DNA from: Macrostomum hystrix
Taxonomy: Eukaryota > Animalia > Platyhelminthes
Assembly: GCA_950097015.1 (NCBI GenBank)
Contig: CATNEN010000031.1
Span: forward strand, 248,001 to 312,000
Length of the DNA: 64,000 nucleotides
Direction: 5' to 3'
In this document: piece after piece, positions 23,800 to 37,582 of the stretch
How the letters are laid out: every line of letters starts with the position of its first letter
Numbering within the stretch: position 1 is the stretch's first letter
The notes under the pieces: model-generated
Database searches by the model: none
Told to the model about the DNA's origin: nothing
The model's input: the letters and a program-made list of their open reading frames with translations, nothing else
Translations under genes and position numbers: made by a program

Positions 23800-24035
23800 A
23801 GCCCAGCTTTTGTGCGTTGGATTTGAAGGCTGCGTACGGCTGTTCAGTCCATGGACTGCGGGGACGCCGCACCTCAATTATCCCAGCTTATATCGGCACT
23901 CATTAAACAGCTGTGTGAACTGAAGCAATACAGAACTTATTGTCTTGTAAAAGTACAAAAATTGTTCCAGTGAAGTCGGGAATCGAACCCCCGACCTGTG
24001 AGTTGCGAGTCCCACACCTTAACAACTAGGCAACC
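23800..24035 (-). mobile_element. tRNA-derived SINE-like element (A/B-box head)
   Basis: Minus strand: TTGCCTAGTTGTTAAGG (A box-like) and GGTTCGATTCCC (B box). The anticodon and T stems are imperfect. The tail motif CAGTCCATGGACTGAACAG is shared with 2805-2823 and 32611-32628. Confidence 0.55.
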
Positions 24036-24414
24036 TCTTTAAAGCAATATATATTATGCCCTATGTCCCAATGTCCGATCAATTCAGGCTCTCTAAAGTG
24101 CCCTTCATGCCGAGAACAATAGGGGTGACAGATCATCGTCTCTTGTTTACTGACTTGCATCTTTGAGAATTTGAGAGCCACAGAATTTTCCCAGCCAGAA
24201 AGATTATAAATCTAGGCTTAAGAATCTATGGTGGCGGGGTTCCCTGCAATATCCCTTCGCATTGCGCGTTGACTAATTTTACTATGAGCAGTGCTCCGCC
24301 CTGCCGTGAAGGCGTCAACCCGAACCAATAATTTATGGGGCCTTTGCTGCTACTCAGAGGAGTAGCCAAAAACTACATTTCACAGCTCAATCGTGAGACC
24401 AGCTCAAGCTCACA

Positions 24415-24870
24415 GCTCAAGCCGAGCTGTCCTGACATCTCCGAGTCTGTCAGCCTCATCTCCAAGTCGAGCTGTACTGACACCTCCAAGTCTATCAGCC
24501 CCATTTCCAAGCCGAGCTGTCCTGACACCTCCGAGTCTATCAGCCTCATTTCCAAGACGAGCTGTCCTGACACCTCCGAGTCTATCAGACTCATCTCCAA
24601 GTCGAGCTGTCCTGACACCGCCGAGTCTGTCAGCCTCATTTCCAAGCCGAGCTGTCCTGACACCTCCGAGTCTATCAGCCCCATCTCTAAGTCGAGCTGT
24701 CCGGACACCTCCGAGTCTATCAGACCCATCTCCAAGTCGAGCTGTCCTGACACCTCCGAGTCTATCAGCCCCATCTTCAAGCCGAGCTGTCCTGACACCT
24801 CCGAGTCTATCAGCCCCATCTTCAAGCCGAGCTGTCCTGACACCTCCGAGTCTGCCAGTCTGTCCTGACA
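24415..24870. repeat. 45-bp minisatellite (CCGAGCTGTCCTGACACCTCCGAGTCTATCAGCCCCATCTTCAAG)
   Basis: About 10 diverged tandem copies. Confidence 0.93.
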
Positions 24871-25694
24871 CTTCCGAGTCTCTGAGAAGTGTTGGAAAAT
24901 TCAATATTTTTCGCCCAATTGACCTACGAGTACTAACTGAAACGGTCAAAAGATGAAAACAAGCCAGCACTTTTGCCAGATATTTTGATATTTTCCACAT
25001 TCCGCTCGTCTCGCTTCGTCGCACAAACAGCTGCAGCAGCCGGGCAGTGGATTAAGAGAGGCCCGCTAAATCCCCTGGGCGGGGAGTCTGGTCTGTGCTT
25101 GAGCTCGGTGGAATAATCCGCCCAGCAACTCCGTGTCTGGTGTCACATTTCAGCCAGTAGATAAAGGTCTCAGCTTCGAAGCTGTCATAAAATCCGTTTG
25201 CCGATCCTTTACGCGCCTCTCACGTGAAGCGTCACGTGTCACGTGATGCATTAAAACTAACAAAGCGTATGTGTGTCTTTAAACTTTTAAAAACCTTAAA
25301 CTGTGAATTTCTAATTTAGAATGTTATAAAACAAAGCTTTAAACTGAGCTATCACCCTATTTAAACTTCGAAAATTGCTGTTATAAATATCGAACTCACA
25401 AAGCAGCTACTGTAGCAAACAGACCTGAGATGCATGGGATGGGATGTGAATTTGATCTAGAATATTCTTTCCATTGCTTGGGATTGCACCAGACTGCCCG
25501 ATCTTATTATCTCCGTGCCCTCCAAATTCGATCCCAGTTTGAGCCAGTTTGAGCGCTTCCATAAAGCATCATGAACTAAATACAGTGTGTGCCAGCCGCC
25601 ACCGGCTCTTTGATGTGGCCCGAGGAGAAGCCTCATTAACCAATGCTCCCTCATGGCAGCAAGCTCATCAATTCGCTTGAACTAACTGCCTATT

Positions 25695-27756
25695 TAGTGC
25701 AACTGCTGTCTAATATGCTATCATCATCATCCAATTAGTGCAACTGCTGTCTAATATGCTATCATCATTATCCAATTAGTGCAACTGCTGTCTAATATGC
25801 TATTATCATTATCCAATTAGTGCAACTGCTGTCTAATATGCTATCATCATCATCCAATTAGTGCAACTGCTGTCTAATATGCTATCATCATCATCCAATT
25901 AGTGCAACTGCTGTCTAATATGCTATCATCATTATCCAATTAGTGCAACTGCTGTCTAATATGCTATCATCATTATCCAATTAGTGCAACTGCTGTCTAA
26001 TATGCTATCATCATCATCCAATTAGTGCAACTGCTGTCTAATATGCTATCATCATCATCCAACTAGTGCAACTGCTGTCTAATATGCTATCATCATCATC
26101 CAATTAGTGCAACTGCTGTCTAATATGCTATCATCATTATCCAATTAGTGCAACTGCTGTCTAATATGCTATCATCATTATCCAATTAGTGCAACTGCTG
26201 TCTAATATGCTATCATCATCATCCAATTAGTGCAACTGCTGTCTAATATGCTATCATCATTATCCAATTAGTGCAACTGCTGTCTAATATGCTATTATCA
26301 TTATCCAATTAGTGCAACTGCTGTCTAATATGCTATCATCATTATCCAATTAGTGCAACTGCTGTCTAATATGCTATCATCATTATCCAATTAGTGCAAC
26401 TGCTGTCTAATATGCTATCATCATCATCCAACTAGTGCAACTGCTGTCTAATATGCTATCATCATCATCCAACTAGTGCAACTGCTGTCTAATATGCTAT
26501 CATCATCATCCAACTAGTGCAACTGCTGTCTAATATGCTATCATCATCATCCAACTAGTGCAACTGCTGTCTAATATGCTATCATCATCATCCAACTAGT
26601 GCAACTGCTGTCTAATATGCTATCATCATCATCCAACTAGTGCAACTGCTGTCTAATATGCTATCATCATCATCCAATTAGTGCAACTGCTGTCTAATAT
26701 GCTATCATCATTATCCAATTAGTGCAACTGCTGTCTAATATGCTATCATCATTATCCAATTAGTGCAACTGCTGTCTAATATGCTATCATCATCATCCAA
26801 TTAGTGCAACTGCTGTCTAATATGCTATCATCATCCAATTAGTGCAACTGCTGTCTAATATGCTATCATCATCATCCAATTAGTGCAACTGCTGTCTAAT
26901 ATGCTATCATCATTATCCAATTAGTGCAACTGCTGTCTAATATGCTATTATCATTATCCAATTAGTGCAACTGCTGTCTAATATGCTATCATCATTATCC
27001 AATTAGTGCAACTGCTGTCTAATATGCTATCATCATTATCCAATTAGTGCAACTGCTGTCTAATATGCTATCATCATTATCCAATTAGTGCAACTGCTGT
27101 CTAATATGCTATCATCATCATCCAATTAGTGCAACTGCTGTCTAATATGCTATCATCATTATCCAATTAGTGCAACTGCTGTCTAATATGCTATCATCAT
27201 CATCCAATTAGTGCAACTGCTGTCTAATATGCTATCATCATTATCCAATTAGTGCAACTGCTGTCTAATATGCTATTATCATTATCCAATTAGTGCAACT
27301 GCTGTCTAATATGCTATTATCATTATCCAATAAGTGCAACTGTTGTCTAATATGCTATTATCATTATCCAATTAGTGCAACTGCTGTCTAATATGCTATT
27401 ATCATTATCCAATTAGTGCAACTGCTGTCTAATATGCTATTATCATTATCCAATTAGTGCAACTGCTGTCTAATATGCTATCATCATCATCCAACTAGTG
27501 CAACTGCTGTCTAATATGCTATCATCATCATCCAACTAGTGCAACTGCTGTCTAATATGCTATCATCATCATCCAACTAGTGCAACTGCTGTCTAATATG
27601 CTATCATCATTATCCAATTAGTGCAACTGCTGTCTAATATGCTATCATCATCATCCAACTAGTGCAACTGCTGTCTAATATGCTATCATCATCATCCAAC
27701 TAGTGCAACTGCTGTCTAATATGCTATCATCATCATCCAACTAGTGCAACTGCTGT
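25695..27756. repeat. 41-bp satellite (TAGTGCAACTGCTGTCTAATATGCTATCATCATCATCCAAT)n
   Basis: About 50 near-identical tandem copies with no spacers. Confidence 0.98.
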
Positions 27757-28205
27757 ATAACAGCTGATTCCCATTTGTCTAAGTAGTGCAACTGTTGTTT
27801 TAAAGTGCCTTGGATCTCAAATCTGTGAGACGGATATGTGATTACGAACTGAAACACTCCAGGTGCTTTCTGAGTCCCCTCAAGCAGGCATTCTCGCACC
27901 GCTTACCCCGAGGGGATCATTTTCCCCAATGCATGCTTACACAAGATCAGGAATTTATTGATTAAAGGGACTGAATTTCATTTATATATTTGAGATCGTG
28001 CTTGGCTTTCCTTAGAAAAATCAATAATGTTATCTATTAGAGTTTAAGCGTGTGGCCTTTTTCTTTATAGCTTGTCTCTATGGCTTTAAATTGTGGGAGA
28101 AAAATCCACTTTTCTGGGTCCAAGGTCCAGGGTTCGAATCAGATATCCATTGCAGGTAGATAATTATAAAACGCCGGAAACTTGTCAGCATTTAAAACAC
28201 ATTAA

Positions 28206-28815
28206 CAGTAGGACTACCAAGCCATTTTGCCGCCCGTTTTTATACCAAGGGGGGAATTCCCCCCCCTGACATTTTTTTTCGCAGTGCCTGAATGCTAACA
28301 GCATACGGTGGTGACTGATTGACAGATTAGACGATGGTGTACTGTGGTCGAGCTGCGCCTAATATTTAGGCTTGATCAGTGAAATTGTAGATATTCGCGT
28401 CAGGTGTCCATAGTTGGCCTATTTCGACCTGTTGTAGTTCTTGAAGGTCCAGCAAATCCGTCTAGATAAAGGTAGGTGACCACCGAAGTCGGAGATAATG
28501 CAGGCACATTCGGGTGAGATGCTGATAAATTTTGAAGGCCTGGCAAGGCCGCACTGAGGCGCAGTGCTAATTCGTGTATAGGGGTGTATGAAATACACAA
28601 GCTCTTATGGGAAAAATCGGATCTTCGGCCAGAAACATTGAATATCTCGACGGTCTGAAGAGCTGGCGACTTGTTTCTTGTTTCAGAAGATGCGCAAGAA
28701 GTTTCAGAAGACGTTGGCCCGTGTTCTTGAGTTTCGTGTGCTTGCATTGTTCTGTTCGGGTGCAGCAAAAAAAATTGTCAGGGGGGGATTTCGCCCCCCC
28801 TTGGTAGTTCTACTG
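28206..28815 (+). mobile_element. TTAA-flanked MITE (piggyBac-like target), copy 1
   Basis: TTAA|CAGTAGGACTACCAA ... TTGGTAGTTCTACTG|TTAA, with subterminal inverted G/C-run motifs. Confidence 0.85.
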
Positions 28816-30047
28816 TTAATACGAGCTATAATGTCTGCTAAAAAGCAGACCCAGTAAGGCATGCTTTCACTCGTTGAATTCCCCCACCCACTCAAGAGGT
28901 TCTCCCAGCGGGACCAGAAGCAACTGGCAGTTCTCACTTCTCAGCAAGCAGAAGGAAAAGCGCACATTGAGCATACATTTGATGGAGAAGGGAGACTGTC
29001 TGTCATTCCATTTGTCATTCCTCAGCGTCGATATGCCGTGTAGGAGAATCAATTGGTCGAAAAAAAGTAAATAAAGAAGTCAGATGCCAGCCCGGGTGAA
29101 TTGCAGATTGCGGCGGGTGCTGGAATGCTGTGATTGAATTTCTTCAGCCGTGGAGGGCGTCGCGCAATTCAAGCGGCCGAATTGGAAGAGAAAACAAGCC
29201 GCACAAGGGAAGCGATGAAGTGGCTCCGGCCGGGCGAGAAAATTTTTTCTTCTTCTTGTGAAAGAGAACGCGACGAAAGGAAATGAAGGGCCGGTGGCTT
29301 GACAAGCCACTCGGAAGATTCCGAAGTCAATTGCGATTCGCGCGGCCCCAGAACAGGCTTTGAGTCGGCTGTATGCAATAGTGGTGTATGCTAACGCACT
29401 GAACGAAAATGAAAATGAAAGCAATATTGGAATTCGTTGGTGGCTGTTGACGGCTGGGCTCAGTCAGGCCGTCTCGAGTGCCCCCGGGGCAGGCTAGCGT
29501 ACAGATGGCCCTGCTTGAAAGCTGCATCATTACTCAGCCCAGGAGGCCTCTCTGGAAGTGTTGGCAAACACTCGTGTCACAATACCCCACCCCAAGCAGC
29601 ATCTGTTGATTTACCATCTTACTTTGTCTGTCAACTTTTTTTGCCCAGCAAACGATGCCACATCTGCTCAGGCACACCTGTAGGAACCATGTGCTGCAGG
29701 AAGCAGTTGTGTAGAAACACTGAGCTAGGGAGGAGTGATATGCACACCGAGCGGCTAATTTGGGTAAGAACAGAATTCCGGCGCGCACCACCGTTGAGAG
29801 AGAAAAGTCGGGCATAGACAAATGGCTCATTGTCAGAGGCAATTCTTGGCTGAATTATCTGGCTTGCCTAGAATAAAAGACGGGCCGGGAATTCTCCAAG
29901 AAGACAAAAAAAACTGAAAAATACCACTGTATTTGCACAGCGCCTTATGGTTGCAGAAAAATAACGGGGCATATCCAAGCGAGAATTGTACGATGGGGGG
30001 CCTTGAGAACGGCTCCCGTATTTTCCATGACGCAGTTCGGCTGTTGA

Positions 30048-30049
<2 letters not shown>

Positions 30050-30095
<46 letters not shown>
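30050..30095. repeat. (CTG)n microsatellite
   Basis: About 15 perfect CTG units. Confidence 0.95.
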
Positions 30096-30097
<2 letters not shown>

Positions 30098-33035
30098 GCA
30101 ACAGTTCCCACCATTTTCTCCCCAAGGACGCGGGAGGCTGTTTAGAAATCATTTGAGGACACCCAGCTTGCTGATGAATGCTCGTAGGCATATTTCAAGA
30201 GAATGATACCTTATTAGGCTTGAAGTCTACGGATGCTTTTAGATCGTCTACCAATCAGCATCTGCAAGCAAAAGCCTTCTAAACTTAATGGGCGCCACGA
30301 AAAGGCTAATCTTATAACAAGGATTAGAATGGAAAGCCAGGCCAAGTGCTTTCTCGTAATTGACTTTCCTTGTGCACTTGGTCATAATAGTGACCCAACC
30401 AGTGCTACAAACTCGATATGGGCGCATTCGCAGAGATACTGCTAAATGGATGGAAATGTTAAACAATGAAGCCACAGGCTTCGGATTAAGCAACTAAGGT
30501 TAAATGGAGAATGGCGTCAGGGATCAGAGCTGAGCCTATTTCTGGTCGCTCTCTCAGATTATTGCCCGGTGGAGTCAAGACTGAGGCGGTTTGGGAGATA
30601 AATCTCTGCTAGCTGCTGCAAGCTGAGATGCCAAACTCAAGCAGTTCCCAGTCAGCTTGATTTATGCGATTGCTCAAATGCTGCTTCCGAGTGCCTTCCA
30701 GGTCGCATAAATCAGACCCACTCCACGCAGGCAATCATGGTGTGGTGTCTGTGTGACACCTCGCTGGCGTCAAGCAACTGACAACTGCTAGCTAGCTAAC
30801 TGTGCCATAAAGCTGGCTTAAATGGACTTGGCTTAATTATCCGTAAACTGTTTGCCTTAGCCAGAGAAACGCCTGTCTGGCTAGAAGATACCACTATGCT
30901 GAAGGACCAGTGCAGGTAGAAAATACCTCAATGCTGAAGGACCAGTGAAGGTAGAAGATACCTCTATACTGAAGGACCAGTGCGGGTAGAAGATACCTCT
31001 TACTGCAGGAAATACTGCAGGTAGAAAATGTACAGAGGGACTGGGCTGAGACAAATACTAATGTTTAATTTTTTAGCCTTATAATTGCTCCTCCGTACGT
31101 TCAATATTATCTGCACCTGTCGATAACTTCTTAAATGGTCACTAAGTGGATAGCTAAGCTAACCGCTTGTCTGACTAGGCTAGCACAGCTCAGGCTACCT
31201 TATTAATTAATGAATCTGTGGGATACTGGAGACTAATTACAGGAAACGTCCACTTTTTGCCTTGTGGGAAAACGGGTTGGCCATTTGCAAGGACGTGGGC
31301 TTCTATGAAGCAGTCGGTGCGACCACCAGCTTTGGCTGCGGGTCAAATGCGGCCAAACACCGCAGTACTGTACTCGTAGTTGGGCTGCGATTGTATTGCC
31401 GAAATTGTGAACGCCATACGCTTAAAGCCTGGCGAAAAAAATAGATTTCAACGCTTATCTGCCACAGCGACTGCAATCGAAACGGATTGAAAGGGAACTG
31501 CAGCAGAAAGTGCAAGCCACGACTGGAAAGAGGAAAGTGGAATGGATGAATTGGGCTTCAAGCCGAGACATGTCTTAAAGGCAGGCAGCAGCTATAGTCC
31601 TACTGCATGGCTGTTTATGCATATGGGAATCCTGGCCGATCGGAACAGCCCTTCTCGCTGTTCTACGCCTAGAATAATACGCCAGCCATCTGCCTTCCTT
31701 TTCCTCCCACCGCGGCTACTTGGGGCTGCTGGTCCAATGGCAATAGCAAAAAAAGAGACGCCGAAAGACACTCGCCGCGTGCCTGCCGACCCCCGAATCG
31801 GCCCTCCGCCCCGTGTGTCTCACGTTGACAAATTGGCGGATAATGGAGAGGTATCGGACCTCATCTGGTGCACAGCACACCTGCAGGAACAGTGATTTAG
31901 AATTTAAGATCGACTTGACCCATCTACACAATAAGTCCGTCCGAGATTACTCTTTAATGGTAGACGTCGACGCGATACCCACCAAGCGAAAACGAGGAGT
32001 TCAGTGACGGAGCAGTTACGCGCCCGCAAAGTACCCAAGCTCGAATCTACTAATTCCTTAAAACCATAGTCGACTGGCAGAAATAACGATTCGCAGAGTT
32101 CAGAAATGAAATTCCACATTAGATCCAGTGAGATGGAATCGGCAGCTGATTAAGATTCAAGTCCTGAGATAACGCCAGCCAAGTAAATTCTCTTCAGCGA
32201 CCCCTAGAATTCAGCCGTTACCCGAAGCGCTTTCGCATAGCTCTGGGACATGGATAGGATAAGGACAGAGGCCCGTGCTGTAGCATAATTCACATTTAAC
32301 ATTCAACTCCTCAACATCGAATGATTCTGGATAGAACCCTGCGTTTTGACCTCGACTGGACTGCTTTCCCAGAAAAGCTGGCTTGAGGCGGATTGCCAGA
32401 CACCAAGGCTTACAGCCGCCTCCTGGCGAAGCTGCAGATTGAATTAGACGCTCTGTGCCCATACAGCGCAAGCGAACTAGCCAGCGGATAAGTTTTGGAA
32501 GCTTCAAAACAGCTTGCACGAACTGCTGCTTCAGGCATAATAATGCTATATAATCAGGCCAAATTCGAACGGAACATTCTTAGGAGGCTTGAGAAATACG
32601 CACTTTTATACTGTTCAGTCCGTGGACTAGGGAGCGGGGGCCGCTACGACCGCCAAAGTTAATGCCAACGCAAGACAACTGCAAGGTGACTTTTTCAAAG
32701 ACATCATGCGAAGTTCGCAAATCCTTATAGGACATGGCGAAGTTCGTTTTATAATTATGTAGTAACTGAAGTCTTAGTATCTTAAAGTTTATAAAAAAAC
32801 ATGCATCGTGACAAAGTATCTATTAATGAGGCACGCCTGTTATTGGTATGAAAAGGGCCGTAGCATGCGAAGTAGGGTTGAAAGTAAAATGTAAAAAAGT
32901 GCCGTTTTGACATATAAGAAGGTTAAAGGTGCAAAAAATAACAAAAAACGGTCGTTAATTTTTGGTTTCCCTACTGTAGATGGTCATGGGATATGTGTGA
33001 CATATGCCAACACATTTTAAAGTATTACTTTAGAA

Positions 33036-33277
33036 CAGGGGTAGGCAAACTTATTTGCTGGCGGGCCAAAGAGAGAACCTAAAAGACGACAGCGGGCCGC
33101 ATTGACTGTATAAATATGAGATGGGGGAGAGATGAGACACGGGAGAGATTAGACACGCGAGAGATTAGACCGAGAGTGATGAAACAGGACACTGTAGATG
33201 TCAGAAGGGGCAACGGGCCGGATTTGGGAGCTTCGAGGGCCGCATCTGGCCCGCGGGCCGGAGTTTGCCGACCCCTG
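33036..33277 (+). mobile_element. hAT (Charlie-like) MITE, short copy
   Basis: TIRs CAGGGGTAGGCAAAC / GTTTGCCGACCCCTG; perfect 8-bp TSD CTTTAGAA. Confidence 0.93.
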
Positions 33278-33378
33278 CTTTAGAATGTTTACTTCTTGCC
33301 ACAGCGCGACATCAATGTACCATTTTTCCGACAGCGGGACCTTAACAACAATGTTTTCCAAATAGAGCGCTTCATTAA

Positions 33379-33952
33379 CAGTAGAACTACCATGGGGGGG
33401 GAGGAATTTCCCTTGACAATTTTTGTGCTGCAACCGAACGGAACAACGCAAGCACACGAAACTCAAGAACACGGGTCAACTTTTTGTTGCGCATCATCTG
33501 AAACAATAATCAAGGTACCAGCTTTTTAGACCGTCGAGATATTCAATGTTACTGGCCGATTGCCATATTTTTCCCATAAGCGCTATTGTATTTCATACAC
33601 CCCTATACACGAATTAGCACTGCGCCTCAGTGCGGCCTTGCCAGGCCTTCAAAATTTATCAGCACGTCGCACGAATGTGCCTGCATCATCTCCGACTTCG
33701 GTGGTCACCTAACTTTATGTAGACGGATTTGCTGGACCTTCAAGAGCTACAACAGGTGGATATAGGCCACTATGGACACCTGACGCAAATGTCTACAATT
33801 TGACATTTTGACAGCTCAACCACAGTACACCATCGTCTAATCTGTCAATCAGTCACCACCGTATGCTGTTAGCATTCAGGCACTGCGAAAAAAAATCTCA
33901 GGGGGCCCATTGGTATAAAAACAGGCAGTAAAATGGCTTGGTAGTCCTACAG
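33379..33952 (-). mobile_element. TTAA-flanked MITE, copy 2, inverted relative to copy 1
   Basis: TTAA|CAGTAGAACTACCA ... GGTAGTCCTACAG|TTAA. The interior is the diverged reverse complement of 28206-28815. Confidence 0.85.
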
Positions 33953-35271
33953 TTAACCAAATATTGAAGCTCGTGCTTTAAAACTTTAACTGTGTTGCGC
34001 TTTTACGGCAGAGCTAACACAGAACAAATTGCTCTGCCTAATTATTGTCAACTTCACAGGCCATAACTTTAAAGCAACTCGGAAACCTACTTTACTTAGA
34101 GTCAAATATCAATTCCTACTCATGCAACTGAAAGGCCTCGATGTTCTCGAGGCATAGATCCCATTGATGTCCCGTATCCTCATTTAAATCTTGCGTCCCA
34201 AGCGGACTCATTAAGTGCCAATGCACTTCGATTCGCTATGAAAAACTACAAAATTCATAGCTTTCAGCAGCAGGCAAACGAAAAGTCACAAAAAACTGAA
34301 TAAAAAATGAACAAGCCAAATAACCGGCCGTACGTGTGCCACTTTTGTGAGTCAACTACAGCTAGCGATAGTAAACACTTTCATTTTGCTGCTGCTGCTG
34401 CTGCTGCTTTCGCCGCTGTGTTTATTTGCGGATCAAAAATGCAACTCGTTATTTTTATTTTTAGCGGGGTATATTTTTGATAACGGCCTAATAGATTGGC
34501 CAGGGTGATTGAGAGCTGTGACTAACTAAATGAATGAAAGAATGGTAATAAAAAATAATCAATTTCAGCACACAGGTAAATTGGCGTTCAATTTAAATTG
34601 CGGGGCTTATAAAGTTTAACAAGTTCATAATAGTCACAGTGTGAGACTAATAATAATGCTGCATAGGAAATAGCACAACAGAAATGCATCATAAGCTGTT
34701 TGAATATTACATTTGATTACCTGCTGACAGACAGCCACTTAGAGATTGAGAGTAAAAAATAAAATATACTAATTGAGCTAGTGAACAATTTAGCATGAGG
34801 CAGGGGTATAGGTGCAGAAATTGCAGACTGTGGCATGAAAACTGAGTCAGATTAGCACCAGGTCAATAAATCATCAGTTTGATGGACTTAGTAGTGCGAT
34901 ATTATTATAACAAAGATCCCGACAAAAGTAAATGGCTAAAAAATAGAGCGCTTTCAAGTAATTGCTAGCCGGACAATGAGTTAAAAAAGAATGTGAGAGA
35001 ATTAGAGGCAGGGCGGTACAAAAGTAAGAAAGCAGAGTGTAGACCCGACCACAACAGGACAATTTAAATCTGCTGCTGTTATTAGTCGAATGCTTAGGGA
35101 CAATACTGATGTTAAGTTCTAAACAACATTGCTAATCCTTTAAACAAATGTAGTTCGTGTCTTAGTTCCATTTAAAAGCTGTAAGATTATTTACACTGAT
35201 ATTAATATTCCAAGCCGACTAGTCCCAGATTAGAAGTTCGCAAGCATACTACTACTAGTAGCGCTATCAGG

Positions 35272-37582
35272 TCAGTGCTGCTGACTGGACACAATTCTGC
35301 GCAGAGAGGCGCCAGGCGGTGTGTTCCAGACGGCGCTGCTGCTTCTAGGAGCCTTCTCGTTGCCAGTAGGAAACACCTGTTTTAAGGTGGCCGCCAGGTC
35401 GAAGGTCTCAACCGGTTTAAACACGGACCACCAGTGCGGGCCACGCAGGTGCTGCTTTGCAAAGAATCGATGCTTCTGTTTGCCAAGCACCCAGCTGGGC
35501 AGAGCATGACGCGGCGTGTCTTCGTTATCTGTCTCAGCGTCTGAGTTCAGATCGTCCAGCGGATAAGTCTGCGGCGACTGGCGCGGCGGCGGGATCAGCT
35601 TCTTCTCGTAGGCGGTGGTGGGCACAAACTGCTGCGATCCTTTCAAAGCATCGGACTGCTTCTGCCATGCACGCTGAGCAGCTTCCGCCTCCTTCCGCTT
35701 CCGCTCCGCTTCTTCCGCTTCCCTTTGCTTCCGTTGGGCCTCTTCGGCGGCGGATTTTCTCTGCTGCTCCGCCTCTTCTTCAGCGGCCTTCCGCTTGCGC
35801 TCGGCCTCCTCCGCTGATTTCCGCTTTCGCTCCTCTTCCTCTGCGGCCCTCTTCGCCTGGGCCGCGGCTTCCTCAGCCAATTTGCGCTTCTGTTCGGCTT
35901 CCTGCTTCTCGGCCGCTAGACGTTTTCGCTCCGCCTCTTCGGCCGCTTTCCTCTCCTGGGTCTGGCGCCTCTCCTCCTCCAGCTTTTTGCGCTCGTCCTC
36001 AACTCGGCGCTTCTCCTCAGCTTTGCGCTGCTCTTCTTCCGCCGCCCTCCTTTTGTCATCATCCGCTTTCCGCTGCTTCCTCTCTGTCTCTTCGCGCCGC
36101 TTGGCTTCCACCTGCAGCACCTGGGCAACCCGGCCAGTCAGCTCGGCGGTCATCAGTTTCTGAGCTGACCTGGCCTGCGCCTCCTGCTGACGCTTCTGGG
36201 CATTCTCCAGCACCCGCTTGCGCTTCTCCTCCTTGTCGCGAGCCTTCTGAGCCCGCAGCTCTTCCGCCTTTTCGCGTCGCTTGCGCAGGCGCTCCTCTTC
36301 GGCGCGCTCCTTCTCTTCTAGGAGGCGGCGTCTTTGCTGCTCTTCGGCAGCATCGTCGGAGGCGCGGGAAACTGCGCCGCCTCCGCCACCTGCGTCGTGA
36401 TGCGGCACACGAGCTCGAGTCTTACCTCCCAGAACCTTGCTAGTTGACGCGGTGCCGTAGCGACTAGATGTCGAGGACGGAACTCCGCTGCCGCCGTAGG
36501 TCGCCACCGGTGTTCGCCCGACACCGCCGCCAGTTGCAGAGCCAATGTAGCCCCCATCATCAACCGACATAAGTGAGACATTGCCATCCACCATCTGGCA
36601 GCTTGCGTCATCTGTCATATAAGAAACGGCATCGCCCACACCAGCCGGTGTTGACAACGGTGCTTTTCGCGGCGACGAAGCGGCCTGAGCGGCGATATCA
36701 ACAGCGAGGGCGGCGGAGGTATGAGATTTGCTGGCGGCGCCGACAAACTGTGGAGCAGCCAGTGGCGCGTGGAACTGGCGAGACACGGCTGCGGCAGCCG
36801 GAGTCATGCAGGCCGGTGCCCGGTAGGGTGCGCCAGCCGCAGTTTTCTGCTTCTTTTTCTCGGCCTCTGCTGTGCCGACGATGCCGCGAGTAAATGGCGA
36901 TGCGGCTACGGGAGATCGGAGACGCTTTTTCGACGACTCGGCAACTGGGCGAGAAAGAAGGATGTATGACTTAAATGACATTCTGTGCAATTAGACATAA
37001 AAAGTGTGTTAAACAAGTAAATGCAATGCTAAACTTACCAAGTCTGCTAGCAGCCGCTGGCCTGCCCCTGTTAGTTGCCGAAGCTGCATTACTAGTACTA
37101 GCAGCCGCTCCTCGTCCAGTTGTTTTGCTGGCAGCTGCCGCAGCGGCCCGGGTACAGCGAGTCGCTGAAGCGCTGGCTGTCGCGGCAACAGCGCGAGTTC
37201 TGATTGGCCGGGATGCGGCAGTGTTAGAGTTATTGATTGGACTGCGAGATCGCCGAGTGCCGGGCCCAGCTAGCAGCATGTCTAAGCTGATGGGACCGTC
37301 GTCGAAGACCGCAGCAGTGGCCGTCGCTGTGGAAAGTACAGACGACTCGTGCTGCTGCTGATTGCGGCTTGTCGCGGCGCCAACCCGCTTGGCCTTTTTC
37401 TTAGGCTTTGGCGTTTTAGTTGGCAAGGGATTCAAATTTCGGCCCTCAACTAGGCCGGGAATACGCTCAAAGGCCTGCTCCAGCAAGGCCAGCTGATCAC
37501 TGTACAGCTTCTCGGTGGCCTCCTCCGCTTTTTGACGTAGGCGCAGAAGCCCGAGACCGGGAAAGGTTTGACAGCTGGCCAT
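35272..37582 (-). CDS. INCENP: Inner centromere protein; exons 37582-37039 and 36944-35272
   Basis: N-terminal helix ending LPTKTPKPKKK, a long E/R/K-rich helix, and a C-terminal IN-box (LDDLNSDAETDNEDTPRHALPSW...RSSSAVWNTPP). The 94-bp phase-1 intron G|gtaagt...cccag|TT keeps the frame. Confidence 0.92.

Noticed and set aside
23972-24035. Functional tRNA gene (apparent CGC anticodon)
   Set aside because: The anticodon, T and acceptor stems do not pair canonically, so it was treated as a SINE head.
25695-27756. Regular 41-bp and 45-bp arrays (also 59213-62175) as CRISPR arrays
   Set aside because: The units are head-to-tail with no unique spacers, there are no cas genes, and the context is eukaryotic.
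28900-32600. Degraded coding-like region, with faint Crypton/tyrosine-recombinase-like words (YHSSL..GVPEQM..GKKS at 29620-29740 minus; LWENGL at 31262 plus)
   Set aside because: The fragments lie on opposite strands, need several frameshifts and have no complete motif. A translated HMM search would be needed, so no call was made.
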